A stretch of 64,000 nucleotides of DNA. It comes from Escherichia phage vB_EcoM_JB75. Below, piece by piece: positions 37,437-47,409 of the stretch. The translations under genes and the position numbers were made by a program. Position 1 is the first letter of the stretch. The number at the start of each line of letters is the position of its first letter. The notes under the pieces are model-generated. The model was not told where the DNA came from. It did no database searches and worked only from the letters and a program-made list of their open reading frames with translations. The stretch is from the sequence record MH355584.1. One strand, 5' to 3'.

Positions 37437-39115
37437 AGAATTTTAAACTAAACCGAGTTAGGTATCAAAATATAATGTCAGTAGGTGGAAATCCTATTGA
37501 CATTCAATTAGATAAGGTTCAAAAAACTCTTATTACTGGACGAAATGGCGGTGGTAAGTCTACTATGTTAGAAGCCATCACATTTGGGCTTTTTGGCAAG
37601 CCATTTCGTGATGTAAAGAAAGGCCAATTAATAAACAGCACAAATAAGAAAGAACTTTTAGTTGAACTGTGGATGGAATATGATGAGAAAAAGTACTATA
37701 TCAAAAGAGGACAAAAACCGAACGTTTTTGAAATCACCGTTAACGGTACACGTCTTAATGAATCTGCCAGCAGTAAAGATTTCCAAGCAGAATTTGAACA
37801 GCTTATCGGAATGTCATATGCCAGTTTCAAGCAGATTGTTGTCCTTGGTACAGCAGGGTATACCCCTTTCATGGGTTTGTCGACCCCTGCGCGAAGAAAG
37901 CTTGTGGAAGACCTGCTTGAGGTAGGAACATTAGCTGAAATGGATAAGCTTAATAAAGCACTAATACGTGAATTAAATTCACAAAACCAAGTGCTTGACG
38001 TTAAAAAAGATAGTATTATCCAACAAATTAAAATATATAATGATAACGTTGAACGCCAGAAAAAATTAACGGGTGACAATCTTACTCGTCTGCAAAATAT
38101 GTATGATGATTTGGCAAAAGAAGCTAGAACGCTAAAATCGGAAATAGAAGAAGCTAATGAAAGATTAGTTAATATTGTTTTAGATGAAGACCCGACTGAT
38201 GCATTTAATAAAATCGGTCAAGAAGCAGTTTTAATTAAATCAAAAATTGACTCGTATAATAAAGTCATTAATATGTATCACGAAGGTGGATTATGTCCAA
38301 CCTGTTTGTCACAATTGAGTTCCGGTGATAAAGTTGTTTCTAAAATTAAAGATAAAGTTTCTGAATGTACGCATTCGTTTGAACAGCTTTCAACACATCA
38401 TGATAATTTAAAAGTTCTTGTTGATGAATACCGAGATAATATTAAAACCCAACAGTCGTTGGCAAATGATATTCGCAATAAAAAGCAATCTCTGATCGCA
38501 GCAGTAGATAAAGCTAAAAAGGTTAAAGCGGCTATAGAAAAAGCATCTTCTGAGTTTATTGACCATGCTGATGAAATAGCACTGCTTCAAGAAGAACTTG
38601 ATAAAATTGTTAAGACAAAAACTAATTTAGTAATGGAAAAATACCACCGAGGAATTTTGACTGATATGCTCAAAGATTCTGGTATTAAAGGTGCTATTAT
38701 TAAAAAGTACATTCCATTATTTAATAAGCAGATTAACCATTATCTTAAAATAATGGAAGCGGATTATGTGTTTACATTAGATGAAGAATTTAATGAGACA
38801 ATTAAATCCCGTGGTCGCGAAGATTTTAGTTATGCTTCATTCAGTCAAGGTGAAAAAGCACGAATTGATATTGCTCTTTTATTTACTTGGCGTGATATTG
38901 CTGAAAAAGTTTCAGGTGTTAAAATAAACACGTTAATTCTTGACGAAGTTTTTGATTCAGCGACCGACGTTGAAGGTGTAAAAGCTATTTCAACTATTTT
39001 AGATAGTTTAAAAAATACTAACGTTTTTGTTATTTCACATAGAGACCATGACCCGCAAGCATACGGTCAGCATCTTCAAATGAAGAAAGTTGGTCGATTT
39101 ACTGTAATGGTTTAA
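37433..39115 (+). CDS. 46: Recombination ATPase gp46 (Rad50/SbcC-like)
   Basis: 560 aa; Walker A GRNGGGKST; zinc hook CPTC; GTG start overlapping upstream stop. Confidence 0.95.
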   Translation: MKNFKLNRVRYQNIMSVGGNPIDIQLDKVQKTLITGRNGGGKSTMLEAITFGLFGKPFRDVKKGQLINSTNKKELLVELWMEYDEKKYYIKRGQKPNVFEITVNGTRLNESASSKDFQAEFEQLIGMSYASFKQIVVLGTAGYTPFMGLSTPARRKLVEDLLEVGTLAEMDKLNKALIRELNSQNQVLDVKKDSIIQQIKIYNDNVERQKKLTGDNLTRLQNMYDDLAKEARTLKSEIEEANERLVNIVLDEDPTDAFNKIGQEAVLIKSKIDSYNKVINMYHEGGLCPTCLSQLSSGDKVVSKIKDKVSECTHSFEQLSTHHDNLKVLVDEYRDNIKTQQSLANDIRNKKQSLIAAVDKAKKVKAAIEKASSEFIDHADEIALLQEELDKIVKTKTNLVMEKYHRGILTDMLKDSGIKGAIIKKYIPLFNKQINHYLKIMEADYVFTLDEEFNETIKSRGREDFSYASFSQGEKARIDIALLFTWRDIAEKVSGVKINTLILDEVFDSATDVEGVKAISTILDSLKNTNVFVISHRDHDPQAYGQHLQMKKVGRFTVMV

Positions 39116-39170
39116 TTTATAAGAGATTATGCTTTAATTTATTAGAGTATAATCTCTATGGAGGAAAAAC

Positions 39171-39359
39171 ATGGAATATTCAACCGGACAGCATCTATTA
39201 ACTATTCCTGAAATAAAACGATATATTCTGAGAAATAATTTTTCTAATGAAGAGCATATAGTTACTGAATCTATGCTTAGGAATGCATTTAAAGCAGAAT
39301 ATACAAAAATAATGTCCAATAGAAATGAAGCTTGGACTGTTACTGATTATTATGACTAA
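39171..39359 (+). CDS. Hypothetical protein (62 aa)
   Basis: ATG after RBS GGAGGAAAA. Confidence 0.5.
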   Translation: MEYSTGQHLLTIPEIKRYILRNNFSNEEHIVTESMLRNAFKAEYTKIMSNRNEAWTVTDYYD

Positions 39360-39368
39360 AGGTGTATT

Positions 39369-39758
39369 ATGACTAAAATTACTGTGAATTATACTGTTGA
39401 TGTAAAAGATATTCAGCCAAAACACGTGCGTTCTGAATCAAATCCACAAAACCAAAATAAAATTCGTCGAGCATGGGTTTTGTCTCTTTCTGATAACGCA
39501 ATGGAAGTTATTCAGAACAAAATTAAATCTGCACCTGCTCGTCATGCGTATTATGAAGCTATCGATCGTGAAGTAAGTAATAAATGGATTGAACTAATGC
39601 GCAAACATACTACAGAATCCCTAAACGCCGGTGCTAAATTTATTATGACTTCATGTGGTGAACGTCTTGAAGATGATTATTGCGGTAATGCAGATGAACG
39701 TCTAATTGTTGCTGCTCAAATTGTTGCGGAAACAATTGCGGCTGATTTTAATCGTTAA
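39369..39758 (+). CDS. rpbA: RNA polymerase binding protein RpbA
   Basis: 129 aa immediately upstream of gene 45, as T4 rpbA. Confidence 0.75.
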
Positions 39759-39784
39759 TTGCTTTATTAAATTAGTTATAAAAT
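39758..39784 (+). promoter_or_regulatory. Putative MotA-dependent middle promoter for gene 45
   Basis: MotA-box-like TTGCTTTA about 12 nt upstream of -10 TATAAA/TAAAAT. Confidence 0.45.
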
Positions 39785-39813
39785 TAAATCTCATTTGAAT
39801 TGAAGGAAATTAC

Positions 39814-40500
39814 ATGAAACTGTCTAAAGATACTACTGCTCTGCTTAAAAATTTCGCTACTATTAACTCTGGCATTATGCTTAAATCCGGTCAATTTATT
39901 ATGACTCGCGCAGTTAATGGTACAACTTACGCGGAAGCAAATATTTCTGACGTTATTGATTTTGATGTAGCAATTTACGATTTGAACGGTTTTCTCGGTA
40001 TTCTGTCGCTAGTTAATGATGATGCAGAAATTTCCCAGTCAGAAGATGGAAATATTAAAATTGCTGATGCCCGTTCAACAATTTTTTGGCCAGCAGCCGA
40101 TCCGAGTACAGTAGTTGCTCCTAATAAACCAATTCCATTCCCGGTAGCATCTGTTGTTACCGAAATTAAAGCTGAAGACCTTCAACAGTTGTTGCGTGTA
40201 TCTCGCGGTCTGCAGATTGATACAATTGCTATCACAGTAAAAGAAGGTAAAATCGTAATTAACGGTTTTAATAAAGTAGAAGATTCTGCTTTGACTCGTG
40301 TTAAATATTCTTTGACTCTTGGTGATTATGATGGTGAAAACACATTTAATTTCATTATCAATATGGCAAATATGAAAATGCAACCAGGAAATTATAAACT
40401 TCTGCTTTGGGCAAAAGGTAAACAAGGCGCTGCTAAATTTGAAGGTGAACATGCGAATTATGTAGTAGCTCTTGAAGCTGATTCTACCCATGATTTTTAA
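39814..40500 (+). CDS. 45: Sliding clamp gp45
   Basis: 228 aa, matches recalled T4 gp45. Confidence 0.97.
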   Translation: MKLSKDTTALLKNFATINSGIMLKSGQFIMTRAVNGTTYAEANISDVIDFDVAIYDLNGFLGILSLVNDDAEISQSEDGNIKIADARSTIFWPAADPSTVVAPNKPIPFPVASVVTEIKAEDLQQLLRVSRGLQIDTIAITVKEGKIVINGFNKVEDSALTRVKYSLTLGDYDGENTFNFIINMANMKMQPGNYKLLLWAKGKQGAAKFEGEHANYVVALEADSTHDF

Positions 40501-40551
40501 TAGAGGGCTTCGGCCCTTTATAATTTACACTAAAACTTGAATGAGGAAATT

Positions 40552-41511
40552 ATGATTACCGTAAATGAAAAAGAACACATTCTTGAACAGAAATATCGTC
40601 CATCTACTATCGATGAATGTATTCTTCCCGCCTTTGATAAAGAAACCTTTAAATCTATTACAAGTAAAGGTAAGATTCCACATATTATTCTTCATTCTCC
40701 TTCTCCAGGAACAGGTAAAACAACTGTAGCAAAAGCATTGTGTCATGATGTAAATGCTGATATGATGTTTGTGAATGGTTCAGATTGTAAAATTGATTTC
40801 GTTCGTGGTCCTTTGACTAATTTTGCCAGCGCCGCTTCATTTGATGGTCGTCAAAAAGTAATCGTTATTGATGAATTTGACCGTTCAGGTTTAGCAGAAT
40901 CTCAGCGACATCTTCGTTCCTTTATGGAAGCTTATAGTTCAAACTGTAGTATTATTATTACTGCTAACAATATTGATGGTATTATTAAACCACTTCAGTC
41001 ACGCTGCCGAGTTATTACGTTCGGTCAACCGACCGATGAAGATAAAATTGAAATGATGAAGCAGATGATTCGTCGATTGACTGAAATCTGTAAGCATGAA
41101 GGAATTGCTATAGCTGATATGAAAGTTGTAGCAGCTTTGGTTAAAAAGAATTTTCCTGATTTTCGTAAAACTATTGGCGAGCTCGATAGTTATTCATCTA
41201 AAGGTGTTTTGGATGCTGGTATTTTATCACTGGTTACTAACGATCGTGGTGCTATTGATGATGTTCTTGAGTCTCTCAAAAATAAAGATGTTAAACAACT
41301 CAGAGCTTTAGCACCAAAATATGCAGCTGATTATTCGTGGTTCGTTGGTAAACTTGCCGAAGAAATCTATTCACGTGTAACTCCGCAGAGTATTATTCGT
41401 ATGTACGAAATTGTAGGCGAAAATAATCAGTATCATGGTATTGCAGCTAATACTGAATTGCATTTAGCTTATCTTTTCATTCAATTAGCATGCGAAATGC
41501 AGTGGAAGTGA
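40552..41511 (+). CDS. 44: Clamp loader large subunit gp44
   Basis: 319 aa from ATG (MITVNEKEH) after GAGGAA; Walker A GTGKTT. Confidence 0.97.
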
Positions 41512-41512
41512 T

Positions 41513-42076
41513 ATGAGCTTATTTGAAGATGATATTCAATTAAACGAGCATCAAGTTGCTTGGTATTCAAAAGATTGGACAGCTGTCCAATCCGCTGCTG
41601 ATTCTTTTAAAGAAAAAGCTGAAAATGAATTTTTTGAAATAATTGGAGCTATTAATAATAAAACTAAATGCTCTATTGCTCAAAAAGATTATTCAAAATT
41701 CATGGTTGAAAATGCATTATCACAATTTCCAGAGTGCATGCCAGCTGTATATGCTATGAATTTAATCGGTTCTGGATTAAGTGATGAAGCTCATTTTAAT
41801 TATCTAATGGCTGCAGTTCCTCGTGGTAAAAGATATGGTAAATGGGCAAAACTGGTTGAAGATTCCACCGAAGTATTGATTATTAAGTTACTTGCTAAGC
41901 GGTATCAAGTTAATACAAATGATGCAATTAACTATAAATCAATTCTTACTAAAAATGGAAAACTTCCTTTAGTATTAAAAGAACTAAAAGGTTTAGTCAC
42001 GGATGATTTTTTGAAAGAAGTGACTAAGAACGTAAAAGAACAGAAACAACTCAAAAAACTAGCATTGGAATGGTAA
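41513..42076 (+). CDS. 62: Clamp loader small subunit gp62
   Basis: 187 aa directly after gene 44. Confidence 0.9.
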   Translation: MSLFEDDIQLNEHQVAWYSKDWTAVQSAADSFKEKAENEFFEIIGAINNKTKCSIAQKDYSKFMVENALSQFPECMPAVYAMNLIGSGLSDEAHFNYLMAAVPRGKRYGKWAKLVEDSTEVLIIKLLAKRYQVNTNDAINYKSILTKNGKLPLVLKELKGLVTDDFLKEVTKNVKEQKQLKKLALEW

Positions 42077-42077
42077 A

Positions 42078-42446
42078 ATGATTGAAATTACTCTTAAAAA
42101 ACCTGAAGATTTTCTGAAAGTAAAAGAAACTTTGACTCGTATGGGAATTGCTAATAATAAAGATAAAGTTCTGTATCAGTCCTGTCATATTCTTCAGAAA
42201 AAAGGACTATACTATATCGTTCATTTTAAAGAAATGCTTCGTATGGATGGTCGCCAGGTTGAAATGACAGAAGAAGATGAAGTTCGTCGTGATTCGATTG
42301 CATGGCTATTAGAAGATTGGGGACTGATTGAAATCGTTCCTGGTCAAAGAACTTTTATGAAAGATTTAACTAATAACTTCCGAGTTATTTCTTTTAAACA
42401 AAAACATGAATGGAAACTCGTTCCTAAATATACGATTGGTAATTAA
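42078..42446 (+). CDS. regA: Translational repressor RegA
   Basis: 122 aa directly after gene 62. Confidence 0.9.
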   Translation: MIEITLKKPEDFLKVKETLTRMGIANNKDKVLYQSCHILQKKGLYYIVHFKEMLRMDGRQVEMTEEDEVRRDSIAWLLEDWGLIEIVPGQRTFMKDLTNNFRVISFKQKHEWKLVPKYTIGN

Positions 42447-42447
42447 T

Positions 42448-42615
42448 ATGACTGCTATAACTCCGCAAGAATACATGGCGTCTCTTAAAGAAAAATATAA
42501 TCTTTCTGCAACAGAAACACTTTTCGATTTACCAGAAAACCTTCAACTAAAATTTCAGGTAGAATTTCAAAAAATTAGTTCACCCAGAACAAAAACACTT
42601 TACTGCAGTCGTTAA
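42448..42615 (+). CDS. Hypothetical small protein (55 aa)
   Basis: ATG 2 nt after regA stop. Confidence 0.45.
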   Translation: MTAITPQEYMASLKEKYNLSATETLFDLPENLQLKFQVEFQKISSPRTKTLYCSR

Positions 42616-42673
42616 GTCAATTAATGCAGATGGATTGACAATTTTCACCCGACAAATAGTACTAATTTAAGCA

Positions 42674-42693
42674 AGGGGCTTCGGCCCCTTATT
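42674..42693 (+). terminator. UUCG-tetraloop hairpin (attenuator or processing site upstream of gene 43)
   Basis: AGGGGC-TTCG-GCCCCT, weak T-run. Confidence 0.45.
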
Positions 42694-42748
42694 TGGAGTA
42701 TAATATATCAAGAGCCTAATAACTCGGGCTATAAACTAAGGAATATCT

Positions 42749-45445
42749 ATGAAAGAATTTTATATCTCTATCGAAACAGTCGGAAATAACATTGTTGAAC
42801 GTTATATTGATGAAAATGGAAAGGAACGTACTCGCGAAGTAGAATATCTTCCAACTATGTTTAGACATTGTAAGGAAGAGTCAAAGTACAAAGACATCTA
42901 TGGTAAAAATTGCGCTCCTCAAAAATTTCCATCAATGAAAGATGCTCGAGATTGGATGAAGCGAATGGAAGACATCGGTCTCGAAGCTCTTGGTATGAAC
43001 GATTTTAAACTCGCTTATATCAGTGATACGTATGGTTCAGAAATTGTTTATGACCGAAAATTTGTTCGTGTAGCTAACTGTGACATTGAGGTTACTGGTG
43101 ATAAATTTCCTGATCCAATGAAAGCTGAATATGAAATTGATGCTATCACTCATTATGATTCAATTGATGATCGTTTTTATGTTTTCGACCTTTTGAATTC
43201 AATGTACGGTTCAGTATCAAAATGGGATGCAAAGTTAGCTGCTAAGCTTGACTGTGAAGGTGGTGATGAAGTTCCTCAAGAAATTCTTGACCGAGTAATT
43301 TATATGCCATTCGATAATGAGCGTGATATGCTCATGGAATATATCAATCTCTGGGAACAGAAACGACCTGCTATTTTTACTGGTTGGAATATTGAGGGAT
43401 TTGACGTTCCGTATATCATGAATCGTGTTAAAATGGTTCTCGGTGAACGTAGTATGAAACGCTTCTCTCCAATCGGTCGAGTAAAATCTAAACTAATTCA
43501 AAATATGTACGGTAGCAAAGAAATTTATTCTATTGATGGCGTATCTATTCTTGATTATTTAGATTTGTACAAGAAATTCGCTTTTACTAATTTGCCGTCA
43601 TTCTCTTTGGAATCAGTTGCTCAACATGAAACCAAAAAAGGTAAATTACCGTATGATGGTCCTATTAATAAACTTCGTGAGACTAATCATCAACGATACA
43701 TTAGTTATAACATCATTGACGTAGAATCAGTTCAAGCAATTGATAAAATTCGCGGGTTTATCGATCTAGTTTTAAGTATGTCTTATTATGCTAAAATGCC
43801 TTTTTCTGGTGTAATGAGTCCTATTAAAACTTGGGATGCTATTATTTTTAACTCATTGAAAGGTGAACATAAGGTTATTCCTCAACAGGGTTCGCACGTT
43901 AAACAGAGTTTTCCGGGTGCATTCGTATTTGAACCTAAACCAATTGCTCGTCGATATATTATGAGTTTTGACTTGACGTCTCTGTATCCGAGCATTATTC
44001 GTCAGGTTAACATTAGTCCTGAGACTATTCGTGGTCAGTTTAAAGTTCATCCAATTCATGAATATATTGCAGGAACAGCTCCTAAACCGAGTGATGAATA
44101 TTCTTGTTCTCCGAATGGATGGATGTATGATAAGCATCAAGAAGGTATCATTCCAAAGGAAATCGCTAAAGTATTTTTCCAGCGTAAAGACTGGAAAAAG
44201 AAAATGTTCGCTGAAGAAATGAATGCCGAAGCTATTAAAAAGATTATTATGAAAGGCGCAGGGTCTTGTTCAACTAAACCAGAAGTTGAACGATATGTTA
44301 AGTTCAGTGATGATTTCTTAAATGAACTGTCGAATTATACTGAATCTGTTCTCAATAGTCTGATTGAGGAATGTGAAAAAGCTGCTACACTTGCTAATAC
44401 AAATCAGCTGAACCGTAAAATTCTTATTAACAGTCTTTATGGTGCTCTTGGTAATATTCATTTCCGTTACTATGATTTGCGAAATGCTACTGCTATCACA
44501 ATTTTCGGCCAAGTTGGTATTCAGTGGATTGCTCGTAAAATTAATGAGTATCTGAATAAAGTATGTGGAACTAATGGCGAAGATTTCATCGCAGCAGGTG
44601 ATACTGATTCGGTATATGTTTGTGTAGATAAAGTTATTGAAAAAGTTGGTCTTGACCGATTCAAAGAGCAGAACGATTTGGTTGAATTTATGAATCAGTT
44701 CGGTAAGAAAAAGATGGAACCTATGATTGATGTTGCATATCGTGAGTTATGTGATTATATGAATAACCGCGAGCATCTGATGCATATGGACCGTGAAGCT
44801 ATTTCTTGCCCTCCACTTGGTTCAAAGGGTATTGGTGGATTTTGGAAAGCGAAAAAGCGTTATGCTCTGAACGTTTATGATATGGAAGATAAACGATTTG
44901 CTGAACCGCATCTAAAAATCATGGGTATGGAAACTCAGCAGAGTTCAACGCCTAAAGCGGTCCAAGAAGCTCTCGAAGAAAGTATTCGTCGTATTCTTCA
45001 AGAAGGTGAAGAGTCTGTCCAAGAATACTACAAGAACTTCGAGAAAGAATATCGTCAACTTGACTATAAAGTTATTGCTGAAGTAAAAACTGCGAACGAT
45101 ATAGCGAAATATGATGATAAAGGTTGGCCAGGATTTAAATGCCCGTTCCATATTCGCGGTGTGCTAACTTATCGTCGAGCTGTTAGCGGTTTAGGTGTAG
45201 CTCCAATTTTGGATGGAAATAAAGTAATGGTTCTTCCATTGCGTGAAGGAAATCCATTTGGTGACAAATGCATTGCTTGGCCGTCGGGTACAGAACTTCC
45301 AAAAGAAATTCGTTCTGACGTACTGTCTTGGATTGACTACTCAACTTTGTTCCAAAAATCGTTTGTTAAACCGCTTGCGGGCATGTGTGAATCGGCTGGT
45401 ATGGACTATGAAGAAAAAGCTTCGTTAGACTTCCTGTTTGGCTGA
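42749..45445 (+). CDS. 43: DNA polymerase gp43 (family B)
   Basis: 898 aa; exonuclease and polymerase motifs (YGDTDS); matches T4 gp43 length. Confidence 0.98.
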   Translation: MKEFYISIETVGNNIVERYIDENGKERTREVEYLPTMFRHCKEESKYKDIYGKNCAPQKFPSMKDARDWMKRMEDIGLEALGMNDFKLAYISDTYGSEIVYDRKFVRVANCDIEVTGDKFPDPMKAEYEIDAITHYDSIDDRFYVFDLLNSMYGSVSKWDAKLAAKLDCEGGDEVPQEILDRVIYMPFDNERDMLMEYINLWEQKRPAIFTGWNIEGFDVPYIMNRVKMVLGERSMKRFSPIGRVKSKLIQNMYGSKEIYSIDGVSILDYLDLYKKFAFTNLPSFSLESVAQHETKKGKLPYDGPINKLRETNHQRYISYNIIDVESVQAIDKIRGFIDLVLSMSYYAKMPFSGVMSPIKTWDAIIFNSLKGEHKVIPQQGSHVKQSFPGAFVFEPKPIARRYIMSFDLTSLYPSIIRQVNISPETIRGQFKVHPIHEYIAGTAPKPSDEYSCSPNGWMYDKHQEGIIPKEIAKVFFQRKDWKKKMFAEEMNAEAIKKIIMKGAGSCSTKPEVERYVKFSDDFLNELSNYTESVLNSLIEECEKAATLANTNQLNRKILINSLYGALGNIHFRYYDLRNATAITIFGQVGIQWIARKINEYLNKVCGTNGEDFIAAGDTDSVYVCVDKVIEKVGLDRFKEQNDLVEFMNQFGKKKMEPMIDVAYRELCDYMNNREHLMHMDREAISCPPLGSKGIGGFWKAKKRYALNVYDMEDKRFAEPHLKIMGMETQQSSTPKAVQEALEESIRRILQEGEESVQEYYKNFEKEYRQLDYKVIAEVKTANDIAKYDDKGWPGFKCPFHIRGVLTYRRAVSGLGVAPILDGNKVMVLPLREGNPFGDKCIAWPSGTELPKEIRSDVLSWIDYSTLFQKSFVKPLAGMCESAGMDYEEKASLDFLFG

Positions 45446-45458
45446 TAGAATAAATCTA

Positions 45459-45479
45459 GGGACCTCCGGGTCCCTTTTT
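45459..45479 (+). terminator. Rho-independent terminator
   Basis: GGGACC-TCCG-GGTCCC plus T5. Confidence 0.75.
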
Positions 45480-45531
45480 CATACAAGTAATATAAATCTA
45501 TACTTATGAAAAACAGATGATTCTGGACATT

Positions 45532-45631
45532 TAGAATTCCCTAAAAAATTTTCACAAAACTGTTTACATCTCTGTTCTTCCATGGTACTATACAACTATC
45601 AACTACTGATACGGATTTGGAGAATGAAATG
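45532..45631 (+). repeat. Promoter/5'UTR cassette copy B (near-identical to 2628-2734)
   Basis: First ~80 nt differ from copy A by about 2 changes; shared RBS/ATG context. Confidence 0.85.
45562..45591 (+). promoter_or_regulatory. T4-type early promoter
   Basis: -35 GTTTAC, 18-bp spacer, -10 TACTAT. Confidence 0.7.
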
Positions 45632-45865
45632 AAAATTGTTATGGGATGCTTAGCAGTTTGTTTAGTTGCATTAGCAGCAGTTCCATTTGTTAGTGTTGAA
45701 AATGATACTCAACCTGTGATTGAATCTAGCACCGTTATTCACACTAATGGTAAAATATCAGTTAAAATTGATGATAATCTTCATGTGAATACAAATGGAT
45801 CTTTAGGTGTGCAAATGGGTAATACCTGCATAAGCACTACTGGAGTAATTACTACTTGCATTTGA
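45629..45865 (+). CDS. Small secreted/membrane protein (78 aa)
   Basis: N-terminal hydrophobic signal-like segment; start at ATG after cassette RBS. Confidence 0.5.
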   Translation: MKIVMGCLAVCLVALAAVPFVSVENDTQPVIESSTVIHTNGKISVKIDDNLHVNTNGSLGVQMGNTCISTTGVITTCI

Positions 45866-45875
45866 GGAAATTATT

Positions 45876-46256
45876 ATGAAAATCGCTATTTTGGTTATTG
45901 CATTAGGTCTTACTGGTTGTGTAGCTCAAGGACCGGTAGTAAATCAGTCTGATGTAGGAAAAATTGTAAACTGTTCAAGCAAATTTTATAATCCTAATGT
46001 CAAGTGTTATAAAGAAGCTCCAAAGCAAACAGTCGAACAAATGCAGGCGAATTTTGACGAAGCTATTCGTCCAGATGAATCTGCTCAAGCATATCGTAAT
46101 TCTGATGTAATTACACACGAAGAAAAAATTGAAAACTACTGCGCCGAAATTTGGGCTAATTGGGCTAATAATTACCAATGGCGTACTGGTAAAAATGCTC
46201 CGATGGAGTATGTAGTGAATTCTTATAATTCATGTGTAAAAAATTTGACTAAGTGA
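45876..46256 (+). CDS. Putative lipoprotein (126 aa)
   Basis: Signal peptide with lipobox LTGC; RBS GAGGAAA. Confidence 0.6.
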   Translation: MKIAILVIALGLTGCVAQGPVVNQSDVGKIVNCSSKFYNPNVKCYKEAPKQTVEQMQANFDEAIRPDESAQAYRNSDVITHEEKIENYCAEIWANWANNYQWRTGKNAPMEYVVNSYNSCVKNLTK

Positions 46257-46263
46257 GGAAAAC

Positions 46264-46515
46264 ATGGAAACTTTAGTAGCAGGTTCAATTTTTATGGTTT
46301 TAGTTTCAGGTGTGTTGGCTATTATTATATACATGCTTCCATGGTTTATTGCTTTGATGCGTGGGTCAAAATCGACAGTAGGAATCTTTTTCACATCTTT
46401 ACTGTTTAACTGGTCAATTATTGGTTGGTTTATTACATTTATTTGGTCAATTGCGGGTGAAACTAAAAAGTCTGCACAACCAAATCAGGTAATTATCATC
46501 AGAGAGAAGGAATGA
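46264..46515 (+). CDS. imm: Immunity (superinfection exclusion) membrane protein Imm
   Basis: 83 aa, two TM helices; position between 43 and 42 as T4 imm. Confidence 0.8.
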   Translation: METLVAGSIFMVLVSGVLAIIIYMLPWFIALMRGSKSTVGIFFTSLLFNWSIIGWFITFIWSIAGETKKSAQPNQVIIIREKE

Positions 46516-46661
46516 AAAGCAAAATTATAGCAGTGTTGCTTTTAATCTTGATGATTATAATAAGTATATACTATAGTGTAACGGTTCCTCTTATGATTCC
46601 AACTATTATTTTAGGTTGGAGTTTATTACTGTTACAAGTTAAATATGAATGTATCAATTGA
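46512..46661 (+). CDS. Small hydrophobic protein (49 aa)
   Basis: ATG overlaps imm stop; not in ORF track (<60 aa). Confidence 0.4.
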   Translation: MKSKIIAVLLLILMIIISIYYSVTVPLMIPTIILGWSLLLLQVKYECIN

Positions 46662-46668
46662 GGTTTAA

Positions 46669-47409
46669 ATGATTAGTGACTCTATGACAGTTGAAGAAAT
46701 CCGTCTTCATTTGGGGCTTGCATTAAAAGAAAAAGATTTCGTAGTTGATAAAACTGGTGTTAAAACTATTGAAATTATTGGCGCATCATTTGTAGCAGAT
46801 GAACCGTTTATTTTTGGCGCTCTTAATGATGAATACATTCAGCGTGAACTTGAATGGTATAAATCTAAGAGTTTGTTTGTTAAAGATATTCCAGGTGAAA
46901 CACCAAAGATTTGGCAGCAGGTAGCATCTTCTAAAGGCGAAATTAACTCGAATTATGGTTGGGCTATTTGGTCAGAAGATAACTATGCCCAGTATGATAT
47001 GTGTTTAGCTGAACTTGGTCAAAATCCTGATTCTCGACGTGGTATCATGATTTATACTCGTCCATCTATGCAGTTTGACTACAATAAAGATGGTATGTCA
47101 GATTTCATGTGTACTAATACAGTACAGTACTTGATTCGTGATAAGAAAGTCAATGCGGTAGTAAGCATGCGCTCAAATGACGTGGTCTTCGGATTCCGTA
47201 ATGATTATGCATGGCAAAAATACGTATTAGATAAATTAGTATCTGATTTGAATGCAGGCGATTCAACTCGTCAGTATAAAGCAGGTTCTATTATATGGAA
47301 TGTTGGAAGTCTTCATGTATATTCTCGTCATTTTTATTTGGTTGATCATTGGTGGAATACTGGCGAAACTCATATTGTGAAAAAAGACTATAAAGGTGAG
47401 TGGAAATGA
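46669..47409 (+). CDS. 42: dCMP hydroxymethylase gp42
   Basis: 246 aa, near-identical to recalled T4 gp42. Confidence 0.97.
   Translation: MISDSMTVEEIRLHLGLALKEKDFVVDKTGVKTIEIIGASFVADEPFIFGALNDEYIQRELEWYKSKSLFVKDIPGETPKIWQQVASSKGEINSNYGWAIWSEDNYAQYDMCLAELGQNPDSRRGIMIYTRPSMQFDYNKDGMSDFMCTNTVQYLIRDKKVNAVVSMRSNDVVFGFRNDYAWQKYVLDKLVSDLNAGDSTRQYKAGSIIWNVGSLHVYSRHFYLVDHWWNTGETHIVKKDYKGEWK

Noticed and set aside
37696-38079. Antisense ORFs inside well-supported + strand genes (e.g. 37696..38079-, 40075..40491-, 16721..17062-, 8425..8808-, 43853..44140-)
   Set aside because: Shadow ORFs on the opposite strand of strongly supported core genes; no RBS or promoter context. The sole minus-strand ORF retained (53698..53898) differs in having a strong SD and occupying a + strand coding gap.
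42749-45445. Checked gene 43 and other large core genes (46, 41, uvsX, dda) for additional introns or inteins
   Set aside because: All are single uninterrupted frames of the expected T4 lengths; only nrdD is split.
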